A DNA stretch of 64,000 nucleotides from the human T2T-CHM13v2.0 reference genome, Homo sapiens (GCF_009914755.1 NC_060936.1), one strand, 5' to 3'. Positions 1 through 13,100 are shown, counted from the stretch's first letter. The notes: a model not told the origin generated them from the letters alone. Numbers and translations: made by a program.

Positions 1-461
1 TGCTGATGATGAATTATTAAAACACACTTGAGCTATCTTGATAGCTCAATATTCTAGTTATTTTTAGAATGCCTGTTAGTAACCATGTTCCAATGAATAA
101 GGGCCCATGTTCATCGGATAGTCTCGTTTCTTAGGGACCAACTTCAGATTTATATATCTGAAGGTTCCTGACACTTATAATGACATGTGTCGGCCTAAAT
201 ATGTTTATCTGATATTTCTAAAGTCCTATTATATGTAGGTGTCAAATAATCCTTAAATTTCTACAAGCTGGTCTCTTGGATCCAGTCTTGGAAATAGCTA
301 CACTTCTGTGAAAGATGAGAAAACTGCACACAGCAACTAAAAACTGGGCTGAGAATTTGCTCTATGTCATAAAAGAGAGCACATTATGAAATAAAATCAG
401 TAAGAAGAAAAGACTTTAACATAAATATTTTCTCAAGCTCTTTAAGGTTCTTCTCATTTAC

Positions 462-637
462 CTTTTATTAAACAGTGGTTTCAGCCTCTTCACTAGAGCC
501 AACTCTTTCTCTGACTCTTTACCCTTTTCTCCTACCAAGTCGCAAGTTTTTTCTTCTGTCTGCCAGGATTCTCTCACTGCCACAGCCAGGAGTAGTAGTA
601 GCAGTCCAGTCCTCCAGCAGCTGTAGAAAGGGAACAT
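462..637 (-). CDS. M6PR: Cation-dependent mannose-6-phosphate receptor, first coding exon (exon 2, aa 1-58 + 2 nt; the gene continues left of the window)
   Basis: Minus-strand translation [58 protein letters not shown] matches the CD-MPR signal peptide and N-terminus. Acceptor AG at 640-639 (exon starts at 638, 1 nt before ATG); donor GTAAAT starts at 461. Confidence 0.97.
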
Positions 638-1829
638 CCTTTGGGAGAGAGTGTGTGTTGGGGAGGGCAGGTAGGATCAGGAGAGAGAGGAAAGAGATAA
701 AGCGTATGAATGTGTAATAAATCGATGGTATTTTAATTATCCAGAAAGTACAAGATTCTCTGGCATATGCAACACATAGTACATTTTAATATCTCTGTAA
801 CAAGAGCATCTGCAGCAGAAAATTCATTTATATGTAACTTGTAGTCTAATGTATAGGTGAGTCTTTCAGAACAAACTACAAAGTTGGGAAGAGGGAAATG
901 AAAGAACTTAAAAAAGAATGATGACAGCTTGGGTGGAGCCATCCTTGCCTCTTTACTGTTTGATGGCTTGATGTAGTCTTCTGAAACCTCTTTGGCCTCT
1001 ACAGGTCACAAATCTCAAGGGTTTCTAGACTTCCCATAAGTACAGTTGTCTTTTACACTACAAATCAATGACAACAAATTGGGGATCACCAAGCCACTTT
1101 ACAATTGAGTAAATTCAATGCACCTGCTGCTTGTACTGCTCTAGGAATGAAAACACACAGACAGCTCTCCTTCCCAAACTTACTAGACTGGTGCAAAGGT
1201 CATTGTGGTTTTGGCAAAAAAACCCCACCAAAACCTAACATTTTCTTTTCTCTTATCCATCTTCATACCCAGGACAGACTGACTTACCCTTGCAAAACAC
1301 TTTACTCTGGTATCTGTTAATGATCCCTCAGGCCATTGCTACTTGTTTATTCCAAGAGTATCACGGACAATTTCCTGATTTAACTCTTCTAAACTTTTCT
1401 CACTTACAAAAAACGCTGCAAGTCTGGACTTTGGTTTGAATATTCTTTAAAGTTCTCTAGTTCTTTTTCATGCGGGTCCACTTACTCCACCTCATTTTTA
1501 AAATATAAAACTTGAAACAGGCAGAATTTTCATGGGTACTAATGAGTTTGAAGATGGGAAAATGGAAGCTCCAACCTTGGCCGTGAATGCACTTTCCCCA
1601 TTCCCCTAAACAACCTAACATCTGACCTTCCACTTCCCACACCCCACTAAAGCAAAAAATCCCGGGAAATTGTCTACCTGACTTCCTGTACCCCAAACAT
1701 CAATTCTCTACTGTAATATTATGGTAGTTTCCATAGAATAATCATAGCTAACCAAGAGGTCCAAGGCCCTCATAACACATTTAATGCACTGAAACCACAC
1801 AACAGCAGGAAACAACAGACTACTGCCTT

Positions 1830-2000
1830 GGGCCAGGTGCTGTTCAAAGCACTTAACATATATTAATTAACTAATTAATCCTCACAACCTTATGAGTAAA
1901 TACAATTATTGTTGCTATTTTACCAGTAAGAAAACTGAGACACAGCTAGTGGAGTGAGCCAGAGAGTCTAGCTCCAGAGCTCATGGTCTGTGTTGAACAA
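1830..2000 (-). mobile_element. MIR SINE fragment
   Basis: MIR core-like TAATCCTCACAACCTTATGAG...AAGAAAACTGAGACACAG. Confidence 0.65.
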
Positions 2001-2499
2001 CTACATGTATATTTCCACTATGTGCATAACAATTTTTTGGAGATGAGAGTAGACAGCCAAAACTGTGGGTTTTTTTTTTTTTCTACTAAGAAGTGAAGGG
2101 GAAGTGATTCCTCACACAGTTGACTGAATAGGAGGTGAAATAAAGAACTCAGACCTCCAACTCCCACCTTCCCTAAGTTAACCCACTGCTCAACACACAA
2201 CTTGACCAGCTGACTCACTAAAAAGAAATAGGAGACTCCTTCTTCTAGACTGACTTAGCCTGCCATTTTCCTTTCCAGTCTCTCAGGACCTAATTAAAAA
2301 CTGACAGTTGATTTCTTTTCCTAAATTAGAACAAGGAATCTCACAAAATTAGGAAGGGATGAAAGGTTAAACACCTCAGCCATTAGCTGAGTTGAACTAT
2401 CTTTCATTTGCTTATTATTCAAAAAGTTAGGATAATAAATTTATACTGTATTCTTCTTTCCTGCTTAAGGCTTGTCTTTAAATTTAAGCTGCTTCTCTT

Positions 2500-2660
2500 T
2501 AATTCAGTGGCATATGCGCTAAATGTTTTCCCTAGATTATGTTCATTCATCTTCACAACCCAGAAAATAGGTATAATTTTTCATACTTCACAGATGAGAA
2601 AACTGATGCTTTACAGAATTACTTGTTAAATTACTTGCTGTACATTACACAGATATTAAA
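2500..2660 (-). mobile_element. MIR SINE fragment
   Basis: CTTCACAACCC...CACAGATGAGAAAACTGATGC. Confidence 0.55.
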
Positions 2661-3639
2661 TGTGTGTGAAGTTACTGGGGCAATTTAGACGATTCGTGGC
2701 ATAAAGATAACTGCTGGAAAACTTATAAACATAGGGGTGCAACAATCAGGAAGAGAATGAAATGGAAGGGCCCGGTAGCCCCCTTTTAATATGCTACAAT
2801 TAGATTCTCAAGGTACAAGAGTTTGTCTATATACTTTGGAAATAAGGAGCAGGATTTTATGATCTTGAAAAATCTTTCAGTTTTCTTATTCTCTAACGAC
2901 AGATCTATTTTATTTGGCAATGCTAAAAATTATCCTTTATTAGGGTGGCCAATGACTAAGCCAGCAACTGGGAAGCAGCTTACACCACTGGGCCTCTGTA
3001 GCACTCACTTCCCCATCTGTTAAGACAGCCATGGCCATTTACCAGTGGAATTTCTACTGTCTTCCCGCTGGCTCCTTTCTGATGTAGCAGTCCTTATCCC
3101 TTTTTCTCCAGCAGCCTACATGTTTAGAAAAGCAGCCTCAATTGGCTAAAAGGCCTAATGCTGAAAGAACTCAAGAGAGAAGGAGCCTCAGACAAGTAGC
3201 GGCTATGTCCCAAGAGCGGAAGCTCCCCACAACGAGGAACACAAGATAATCCGTCCATCAGCCATTCTTATCCACACCACAGTCGCATCCCCCTCAAAGC
3301 TCTCCCAGGGTGCCAGAAATTCTCGCTCTGTCTAGTGTCCCGACTTTCCAAGCGCTTGTAGCCATACCCTCTCCAAATGATGCCACTTGACCTCCCACCG
3401 TGATGCAGGCCAAAATTCCTCCTACAAATAAATCCACCAACACCTCCAACGGACTCCATACTTGGGGTATTTTCCTTTCCCTGCTTTCTAAATATCGTAA
3501 ATCCCCTCTCTGGTCTTGGAAGTCCTTTCTCCCTCACACCTTTCGGAACTCCGTGACTCTCCGCTCTCATGCCTCCGCCTCCATTCTACCCTTAGGGCTC
3601 CTCAGCCAGATCTTTGGCTAGAACCATGGTCAAGGGAGA

Positions 3640-4450
3640 ATGCGATTCCGGCTCCTGTCACAGACGCTTAAGTGTGAGCGCAACCCAGCCCGCCTCCTCC
3701 TCCACGCCCCTCACACTCACGTGTCGTGGGAAACTGGAGTAGCCAAAGCTCAGAATCCCCAGTGAATACCCTTCTGGGGATGGGAGACGGGGCCAGCTAG
3801 GGGCCGGCCGCAGACCCCGGTCCCAGAGCTAGTTTCAGAGGCCAGCGTTCCCCCTAGCGCCTCGCTGTGCCCCACTCTGGGAACCGGAAACAGGAAGCGC
3901 CAAGAGGCCGCTGGGCAACCGCTCCTCCCACCAGACCCCGCGGCATGTGACCATAGAACCATTTCGCCCCTTTCCCCTTCCCGGGCTCCCTGATAATCTT
4001 AAACTCTGATTGGCCAGTATTCTGGGACTTTAGCTCCGCCCTCGTTCCATCAGCTCCAATCACTATCGAGGTTGTCGTTTCGCCTTTTCTGGTTGCCTTT
4101 CTTTCAATGGGGTCCCAGAGTCCCGCTTCCAGGGCCTCTCGGCTCGCGCACCCCGGTCACGCGGGGTCACGCGCCTGACCGCTCCCGGGTAGGGTTCGAG
4201 TGAAGAGGGTGCGAGGGGCAGGTGGCGGAAGCGGAAGTTACGCAGGCAGCTCGCCCTCGGGCTCCGCGGGAGTTGTAGTTCTCACGCTAGGTCTCCTCCG
4301 GGCGCTTCCCTAGCCCGTTCGCCGCCTGAGAGGGACGCTGTTCCGCCGCGTGGAAGCTTCGAGTCTCGACTCCACTGTTGACCCCTAGACGAGAGTAGTG
4401 CAGCGACGGGGCCGTGATGTGCGTCCTGGCTTTCTTAACGACACCTCTCC
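3640..4450. promoter_or_regulatory. CpG-island bidirectional promoter (M6PR on minus; plus-strand start toward KLRG1)
   Basis: Only strongly CpG-rich stretch in the window. ETS CCGGAA/CAGGAAG 3884-3897, CCAAT boxes at ~4009 and ~4056, tandem GABP-type CGGAAGCGGAAGT 4226-4238, ZNF143/THAP11-type ACTACAACTCCC (minus) 4268-4279, GTCAC E-box-like motifs. Confidence 0.85.
3721..3895 (-). other. M6PR: M6PR non-coding exon 1 (5' end approximate)
   Basis: Consensus donor CAC|GTGAGT at 3720-3715 on the minus strand, inside the CpG island. Splicing to 638 gives ...CACGACACG-ATG. Confidence 0.85.
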
Positions 4451-4470
4451 TCTGTATTTCCTTTTTCCAG
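4277..4470 (+). other. KLRG1: Putative distal non-coding first exon of KLRG1 (boundaries tentative)
   Basis: Lies just downstream of the GABP/ZNF143 motifs and ends at CAG|TTGAGT, one base from the consensus donor. That KLRG1 variants start here is recalled, not shown by the sequence. Confidence 0.4.
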
Positions 4471-4927
4471 TTGAGTACCTTGGGGTGAATTATTATTGTT
4501 ACTGTTATCTCTGTCGTTCCTTACTGCTTCGTGGTATTTTGCTTGATAAGCATGCTCTGCAACCACCTCTGTTCGCCAGAGGTTACTTCTGCAAAGTAGG
4601 AAGAAACGAGCAATACGATGGTAATCTTTGCGCCTTTGCTAAGATCTTTTGTAGGTTCCTTATGTCTTACTAGCCACTTGTTGAAGTCCTGCTCATTCTT
4701 AAACTCTGTTCAGATGTTATTTTTCCTGTAACTTCGTGCATTCACTCTCTTCAGAATTAACAATTTCTTCCTGTGGACCCTCGCTTGTGGCTTGTACCTG
4801 GCTTTAGCATGTTTTCATTCCGCTTCCACTCTTACGTTGCTTCTATGTGTGCCTCTCTGGCTCTATGCAGGTGCCTGGATTTTTTATTCTTACCCCTCTC
4901 ATTAGAACTACTACAGTGTTTTGAGTC

Positions 4928-5175
4928 TAATAATAATAAAAGCTAACGGATGCATATCTCGGTGGTGCCCGGCACTTTTGTAAGTGCTTTAAACGATAGT
5001 TAATTCACTTGGTCTTCACACCAACCTTATGAGGAAGTATCTTATCCCAAGTTTACAGATGAGTAAATTAAAGCAGATAGAAGCTAAGTAACACCGTGGG
5101 TCCCAAGCTATTAAGTTATGGAGCCAGTATTTAAATAGTCTCCATAATCCATGCTCTCAAGCACTACGCTTTACC
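4928..5175 (-). mobile_element. MIR SINE
   Basis: AACCTTATGAGG...TTTACAGATGAGTAAATTAAAGCAG MIR core. Confidence 0.7.
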
Positions 5176-5423
5176 GACTGTATGCCATTCTGCATTTCTT
5201 TGTTTATTAGTAATACATTCAGTTCAGGCTAGGTAGTAATCATATCTGGGTTGGATGTTGCCCCAATAAAAAAAAAATTAAATTTTTTTCTTCCTGAAAA
5301 GGAAAGTAATTTGTGATCAGATAACACAGAAAACAACAAAACAAAAATCATACATAAACTCACCAGGAGGGTGTGTATTTCCTTCATGAATATATGTTGT
5401 TTCCTTTTTTCAAAAATGTATCA

Positions 5424-5708
<285 letters not shown>

Positions 5709-5859
5709 TATGTATGTATCAAATATTTTTCCATATCCTTGACTTTACAAATAAACTTTTTAATAGCATAATATTTAGTTCTATGCATTGCTACTTAACC
5801 AATGACATTAATGTTGAGCATTTAAGTTATTTCTACTGACTTACTTTTTATCAAGTAAC

Positions 5860-5980
5860 TCAACACAGCTTTACTGAGCAATTACTATGTGCCAAAACCA
5901 CAGAATATATAATATAGATCTTGGGGATACAGCAGAGAAAAAAGACAAAAATCCCTGTTACAATCCGTTCTAGAATTGAT
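5860..5980 (-). mobile_element. L2 3' fragment
   Basis: TTTACTGAGCAATTACTATGTGCCA...GATACAGCAGAGAAAAAAGACAAAAATCCCTG. Confidence 0.5.
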
Positions 5981-6537
5981 GTTCCTTTGTTGGTTAATTC
6001 AAGTTTTGATTTCAGAAATCTTACCTCTTGGTGACTGCCTAGAGTGGCATTGGGCTGGAGGGGAGGAACTGTTCATGTTGGAAATGGGGAATGGGCCAAA
6101 AATGCAATTGAGTAGGTTGATTAACTTGTCTGCTGTCAGAGTGGAAGCAGGGGTAGTTTCCCTTTCCGACCAGAGGCAAACAACCTGGGTCACTTCCTTG
6201 CTTCTCAGACCTCAGTGCCCTTTCTGGGTGCTTTCTGTGTTAGAACTCTCACCTCTGAGAACTGAGCTCAAGGTTCTTGCTGGGGCAAAAATTGAAATGA
6301 GCAGAATTTTTTTTTGTTTGTTTGTTTGCATTTCTGGCCTGCCTCCTTTCTTAGCCTCATTATTAACAAGCACACTCCCCACAATAAACCTACACCCACA
6401 CTGCCTTCTCTCACACAAGGTAAATTGTTCACCTTGTTTAGAAAGCAGTTCTAGGATTGTTGGTCTGAAATCAAATGGGAAGGATGCCTCCTGTTCTGTA
6501 TAATCATAAGAGAGGAAGGTAATTAACAGTCCTAGAA

Positions 6538-6724
6538 CCTCAGCTTCCCAAGTAGCTGGGACCACAGGCGCAAGCTACCATGCCCAGCTAATCTTTGTAT
6601 TTTTTGTAGAGACAGGGTCTCACATTTTTGCCCAGGCTTGTCTTGAACTCCTAAACTCAAATAATCTGCCTGCCTCAGCCTCCCAAAATGCTGGGATTAC
6701 AGGTGTGAGCCACTGAGCCCGGCT
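6538..6724 (-). mobile_element. Partial Alu
   Basis: Antisense left monomer plus part of the right monomer. Confidence 0.88.
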
Positions 6725-7221
6725 CAGATGCTTTTCAAAATGATCATGTTTTCCATATTTCAAGGACTAAATATAGTTTTTGGTAACTTTCAATTTTAAT
6801 ATATTTATCATTTATAGAGAAGATGCAAGGATAATACAAAGAACTCTGGTACACATTTTACCTAAATTCATCTTTTTCCCCTCCATATACATTAGTTTAT
6901 TTTGAACAGGTTGAGAGTAAACTTCCATTACCATTAAATATATCAGTGTGTATTTCCTAGAAACAAGGACATCCTCTCATCAAAATCAGGAACTACAGTA
7001 TTAATACAATATTACCAAATCCATAGTCTGTATTCAAAATTTTATCACGTTTCAATAGATGCTATGTATAGTTACTTCCGATTTCCCAACAATCACAGGA
7101 GCCAAGCCAGAGTCACACATTGTAATTAGTTGTCATTGATCTTACTTGACTTTGAAATTTTGATAGGTACTGGCCACTTGTTTTGTAGAATGTCTTTCAT
7201 TTTGGTTTTGTTTGATATATC

Positions 7222-7848
7222 TGATGTAGGATTTTTCTCGGTCACTTTGCCAACCAGGGACCCGTCCATAGCTAGTGACACCCCCCCCGCAAAACCCCCA
7301 GGCCTCACTTGACCTGCTGCCTGTGTTATAGTTTGTATCTGCATTCGGTGGTTCCTGAACTCTTGTCCCACATCCAAGAAGAATGAGGATATGCTGACAA
7401 TTTGAAGGATGAGAAGGATGGAGAAGAATTTTATTGAGCGATGGAACAGCTCTCAGCGGAGAGGGGATGCGGTAGGTGGAGGTGGTCCCCCACCCCTGCA
7501 GTCAGGTGGTTTCTCACCCAATGTGGCTAGGTCTGGGCATTTATGGATTCAGAATGGGAAGTGTGTGCTGATTGGTTTGTGAGTATGCAAAAACAGTTAA
7601 AGTGAAGACACCACTCAAAGGTGGGCACGACAGTGTAGAAAACCAATTAGGAAAGGGTAGGTGTATATAAAATGGGTGAAAGGTGGGGATCAATCAAAGA
7701 AAAATGTGCCAAATGGGAAGACAGGTTTTTAATCCGGTCCATGGATTTGACTTGTAGCTTGGCTTTCAGGCTTTAAACTGTCTTCAGCTTGGAGATGGGG
7801 TTTCACTGGGGATCTGCCTAGGCATTTGTCTGCCTCCTGCGGCTATCA
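7222..7848 (-). mobile_element. ERV1 solo LTR (MER52/LTR27/LTR28 group)
   Basis: TG...CA termini; minus strand begins TGATAGCCGCAGGAGGCAGACAAATGCCTAGG; 4-bp TSD TATC/TTTC; interrupts an old L1M fragment (~6800-7900). Confidence 0.7.
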
Positions 7849-8359
7849 TTTCCTCATGATTATATTTAAGTTTGCATTTTTTTTGGATAGAAATGCAAGG
7901 GAAGTGATACGTTTTTATATCAATCAGGGTCCATTCAGAAACAGATATCATATTGGCGATTTTAACAGGAAAAATTTAAAGAATTATTTTCTAGTAAAAG
8001 ATGATCAGTTACTAAAAGAGGACTCTATGATACAGAAGAAGCAGCTACGAAAAGGAGCTGTTACTTCTAGGGCTGAAGAAGAGTTAATAAAGGAGTTACT
8101 TAAGTTAAAGGAAATGCTCCCTTCCCCACCTGCAAGATTAGAGATTCAGATCTCTGAGGGGAGGGTGTGTTTCCTACCACAGGAACATGCAGTCCACCCA
8201 CTGATGAGGCCGAGAAGTTGCGGGAGGGTGTGGGCCTCTGTTGAGCAGCCAGTGGGAGCCTTTTAGTGGTGCCTCCTTTATCCTTTTGACATGTCCATAT
8301 GATTTTTTGAGGAATTCTTTACTTTCAGGCACATAAGATGTTCCGATTTTATCTTGTAG

Positions 8360-8780
8360 CATTCAGCATGAATGGACCTGGAGGACATCATGCTGAGTGA
8401 AATAAGACACACACAGAAAGAAAAATATGATATGATATCGGTTGTATGTGGAGTCTTGAAAAAAATCACCATAGAAACAGTGTAGGAAGATGGTTACCAG
8501 GGGCGGGGTAGGGGAAATGGGAAGATGTAGGTCAAAAGGTACGAAGTTGCGGTTAGATTCTAATGTTCTAGTGTGTAACATAAGGACTATAGTTAATATT
8601 GTATTGTATACTGGTACTTTGCCAGGAGAGTAGATTTTAGGTACTCTTACCACCAAAAAAAAAAAATAACTACATGAGATGATGAATATGTTAATTTGCT
8701 TGACTGAAGTAATCACTTCACTATGTATATGTGTATCAATCAAAATATCTTGTATGCCTCAAATGTATATTTTTAAAAAG
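8360..8780 (+). mobile_element. L1MA/L1MB 3' end fragment
   Basis: CAGCATGAATGGACCTGGAGGACATCATGCTGAGTGAAATAAG and typical L1M 3'UTR. Confidence 0.75.
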
Positions 8781-9035
8781 TTTTGTGGTTCTCTTACCCT
8801 TATCCTAGAATCAGTCATTTCACCAAGGGGTCTTGGTTCTTTTAGTGGAAAATGGTATTGAAAAACCAAGATGTGATTACGAGTTGTGTTTGTTGCTACT
8901 TGTGTGTCACTGCTTCAGTGTCAGCAGACAGAGCTAGGAAATTGTTTATTTCCAAGAGTGAACCAAGTTCCCATTATATTCATTGTATGTATACATTTAT
9001 TCACATATAAGAAAACACAGGAAGTGATTTTTTAA

Positions 9036-9497
<462 letters not shown>

Positions 9498-9605
9498 TAA
9501 CTGTTATCTGTAATCAAAAAATTTAGAAGATTTTCATCATCCAAGAAAATTTCCTCATGCTCCTATCCAGTCATCTTCTCCTAGTCCTAGAGGCAACTAT
9601 TGCTC

Positions 9606-9607
<2 letters not shown>

Positions 9608-9642
<35 letters not shown>

Positions 9643-9921
9643 AGATAGAGTCTCTATCACTCAGGCTGGAGTGCGATGGTGCAAACATGGCTCACTGCAG
9701 CTTCGACCTCCCAGGCTCAAATGATCCTCCCAGCTAGCCTGTGGAGTAGGTGGGGGACCACAGGAGTGTGCTACCATGCTAGGATAATTTTTTTTTATTT
9801 TTTGTAGAGATGAGGTTTCCTTATTTTCCCCGAGCTGGTCTTGAATTCCTGGGTTTGAGTAATCTTTCCACCTCAGCCTCCCGAAGTGCTGAGATTACAG
9901 GCATGAGCCATCAAGCCTGGT
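9608..9921 (-). mobile_element. Alu (AluJ) with a >30-nt pure T tail
   Basis: Antisense Alu after a long poly-T. Confidence 0.9.
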
Positions 9922-9996
9922 CTTTTGAATTTTTCTTTTTTTTAAATTATAGATTAATTTTGCCTATTTTAGAACTTAGTATAAATGGACAGATAC

Positions 9997-11331
9997 TGAT
10001 AGTGGTGGGAAGCAGACAAATTCCTAGGTAGATACGGGCGGGTCCCTGGTGAAAACCAACCTTCGAGTCAAAGACCGCTGGAAGCCTGAAAACTCACCTG
10101 CCAGTTCTGGGTAGAATCTAAGACCCAAGTGAGAACTCCCGCAATGCCTTTTAGCCAATCAAATGGTGCTTTTTCCAGGCTGCCTATGGACCAATCAGCA
10201 CACACTCCCCCATTCTGAGCCCATAAAAACTCCCGGACTCAGCTACACAGTGGGACTACCACCTTTGGGTCCCCTCTCTGCTGGGAGCTGTTCTGTTGCT
10301 GAATAAACGTCCTCTCTGCCTTGGTTACTCTGCAATTGTCAGTGTAACCTCATTCTTCTTGGACGCAGGACAAGAACTCGGGACCTGCCGAACAGCGGGT
10401 GCAAAAGAACAGCAGGTGAAAGGCTGTAGCCCTCCTGCCCTCTCCTGGCACCAGGCGGCCACCCCACGTTATGGGAAGTGGTGGTGGCGCCAGGCCAGCC
10501 CAGGAGCCGTGGGCTGGTGGGACTGAACAAGTTGGGACATGCACCCGTTCGGCAAAGCTTGTGGACAGCAGGAATGAATGAACTGTAACACAAACGAGCT
10601 GAGACTCTTCGGGGTGCAAACCTCGGGATTCCCCAAGCCAGAGCTGTAACATGCTGTAACACCCCCCACCGCATTTTTTTTTCTTTTTCTTTTGAGACAG
10701 AGTCTCACTCTATCACCCAGACTGGAGTGCAGTGGTGTGATCTTGGCTCACTGCAACTTACTGCCTCCCAGGTTCAAGTGATTCTCCTGCCTCAGCCTCC
10801 TGAGTAACTGAGATTACAGGTGCCTGCCACGACTTCCGGCTAATTTGTTGTATTTTTAGTAGAGATGGGGTTTCGCCACGTTGGCCCGGCTGGTCTCGAA
10901 CTCCTGACCTCACGTAATTCTCCCACCTCAGGCTCCCAAAGTGTGGGGATTACCGGCATGAGCCACTGCACCTGACCTTTGAAGTTCCGCAGTTGCTGGT
11001 GTCTTTTGAGTTTTTTGGACGCCACTGCGTTCCCTTCGTTCATATGCCAGTGCCCAAGGCAGAAGCTGCTTGCAGTATACCTGATCCAGCCACAGCTTCA
11101 CATGAAGCTGGTGCCTGGAGGTGATGCCCTGCTGTAGCAGCTAGCATACCTGGCTTGCCCTTGGTGGGTGTGAGATCTGGGCCAGTACCGCTAGCCAAGA
11201 GCCAAGCACAGCCTGCCAAGCCCAGTGGGTGGAGCCAGCCCAGTGGTCACGAGTGAATCTTGATCTTGAGCAGGGCCCCCCCGGCCGTGGAGGTCTCTGG
11301 CTGTGGAACACCACCAAAAAATCCTGTGTCA
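9997..11331 (+). mobile_element. ERV1 solo LTR, MER52-like, interrupted by an Alu
   Basis: Starts TGATAGTGGTGGGAAGCAGACAAATTCCTAGG, ends CCTGTGTCA; two CCAAT boxes, CATAAAA and AATAAA inside; TSD ATAC/ATAG. Confidence 0.75.
10674..10977 (-). mobile_element. Alu (AluS) nested in the LTR
   Basis: Full antisense Alu. Confidence 0.9.
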
Positions 11332-11449
11332 ATAGCATGTTCCTTTTGCATTTGTTTGATTTCTTTCACTGTAATATCTGTGAACTTGTATGTATCAGTA
11401 GTAGGTTTTGTTTTGTGTTTTGGTGGGGTAGTATTACATTTTATGAATA

Positions 11450-12197
11450 CAGTAGCCCTCCCTTCTCCTCAGGGGACATGTTCCAAGGCCCCTGCTGTAG
11501 ACAGCATCTAACCCAGTTGCCTTCAATGAGAATATGTTTCTGTTCATATCTTCCACCCACAAATTTAATGCCTTTTCTGTCTTAACGAAGCACTTACCGT
11601 GGCCCATGGCAGTAACTTCTGCAGTTTGAGTTGCAACAGCAAAACTAGCACACATTCTTTTCCCTTCTTCACAATTTAACAGATAGAGGATTTATTCTTA
11701 CCATAGATGTTAGCAACCTCGGAATACATGTTTTGTTTTTTGTTTGTTTGTTTGTTTTGTTTTGTTTTTTTGTTTTTTGTTTTTTTTTAGTAAGTCAAGA
11801 ACCTTCACCTTTTTATTTAAAGGAAGCACTTTACACTTCTCTTTGGCATGTCTGCATAGCCAGCATTACTACTCTTGCGCTTTGTGGCCATTATTAAGTA
11901 AAATAAGAGTTACTTGCACTGCAGTACTGTGGCAGTCAATCTGATAACTGAGAGGGACACTAACGGGCAGGGAGTGTCCCCAGCGTGTTTCCACTGGATG
12001 AAGGGGTGATTTATGTCCCAGGTGGGATGGAGCAGGACAGTGCAAGATTTTATCACAGTACTCAGAACAGCATGCAATGTAAAACTTATGAGTAGTTTAT
12101 TTCTGGAATTTTTCATCTGATATTTTCAGACCTCGGTTGACTACTGGTAACTGAAATTGTAGAAAGCACACCTGCAGATAAGGGTGGGGAACTATCG
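11450..12197. mobile_element. Tigger-family DNA transposon derivative (Tigger4/MER46-like)
   Basis: TA-flanked degenerate TIRs (CAGTAGCCCTCCCTT... / ...GATAAGGGTGGGGAACTATCG); minus-strand remnant KCFVKTEKALNLWVEDMNR resembles the pogo/Tigger CENPB-type HTH. Confidence 0.75.
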
Positions 12198-12304
12198 TAT
12201 TTCTCATCTTATTCATTCCCTTTTGATGGGCGTTTGGGTTCTATCTGTATTTTCTTCTAAGAAGCCTTATAGTTTTATGTTTATGTCTGTAATTTATTTT
12301 TAAA

Positions 12305-12428
12305 TTTTTTTAGAGACAGGCTCTTGCTATAGTACCCAGGCTGGTCTCAAACTCCTGGCCTCAAGCTCTTCTCCCAACATGGCCTCCCAAAGTGTTGGGA
12401 TTACAAGCATGAACCAGTGTGCCCGGCC
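12305..12428 (-). mobile_element. FLAM/Alu monomer
   Basis: Single left monomer. Confidence 0.85.
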
Positions 12429-12804
12429 TGTGATCTATTTTGAGTTAATTTTTGTGTATAGTTGAGGTAGGACTGAGGTTCCTTTTTTTCCCCATATGGA
12501 TATATAATGACTTCCTATAACATTGTTTGACTATTTTTCCTCTCTTAATTGCCCAGAGCTTTGTTGAGAATCAGTTGATTGTATAAATGTAGTTCTGTTT
12601 CTGGACTTAATTCTGTTTAGTTGATACCTTTATTATTAAGCTAATAACACACTCCTGATTCTTCTAGTTTTATATTAAGTCTTGAAGAAAGGTATTATAA
12701 GTCTTTCTTCTCTTTTCAAGATTGTTTTGGCTATTCTAGGTCCTTTGCATTTCCATATACACTTTAAAAGCAACCTGTCAATTTCTGTTAAAAAATCCTG
12801 CTGG

Positions 12805-13100
12805 GGCAAGGCATAGTGGCTCACGTGTGTAATCTCAGCACTTTGGGAGGCTGAGATGGGAGGATCACTTGGGCTCAGGATTTCAAACCAGCTTGGGCAA
12901 CATGGTGAGACTCTGTCTCTACAAAAAAACCTAAGAATTAGCTGAGCGTGGTGGCTTGTGCCTATGGTCCCAGCTACTTGGGAGGCTAAAGTGGGAGGAT
13001 CGCTTGAGCCCAGGAGGTCAAGGCTTCAGAGAGCCGTGGTTGCACCACTGCACTCCAGCCTGGACAACAGAGTGATACCCTGTATCAAAAAAAAAAAAAA
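12805..13100 (+). mobile_element. Alu (AluJ)
   Basis: Full Alu; TSD AAAAATCCTGCTGGGG. Confidence 0.92.

Noticed and set aside
5976-6565. Overlapping 175-aa and 117-aa ORFs in non-repeat-looking DNA
   Set aside because: No recognisable domain, non-ATG start calls and no splice context; may be an old repeat.
7915-8350. Possible old ERVL-type LTR and 146-aa ORF
   Set aside because: Resemblance too weak to name; the ORF lacks recognisable motifs.
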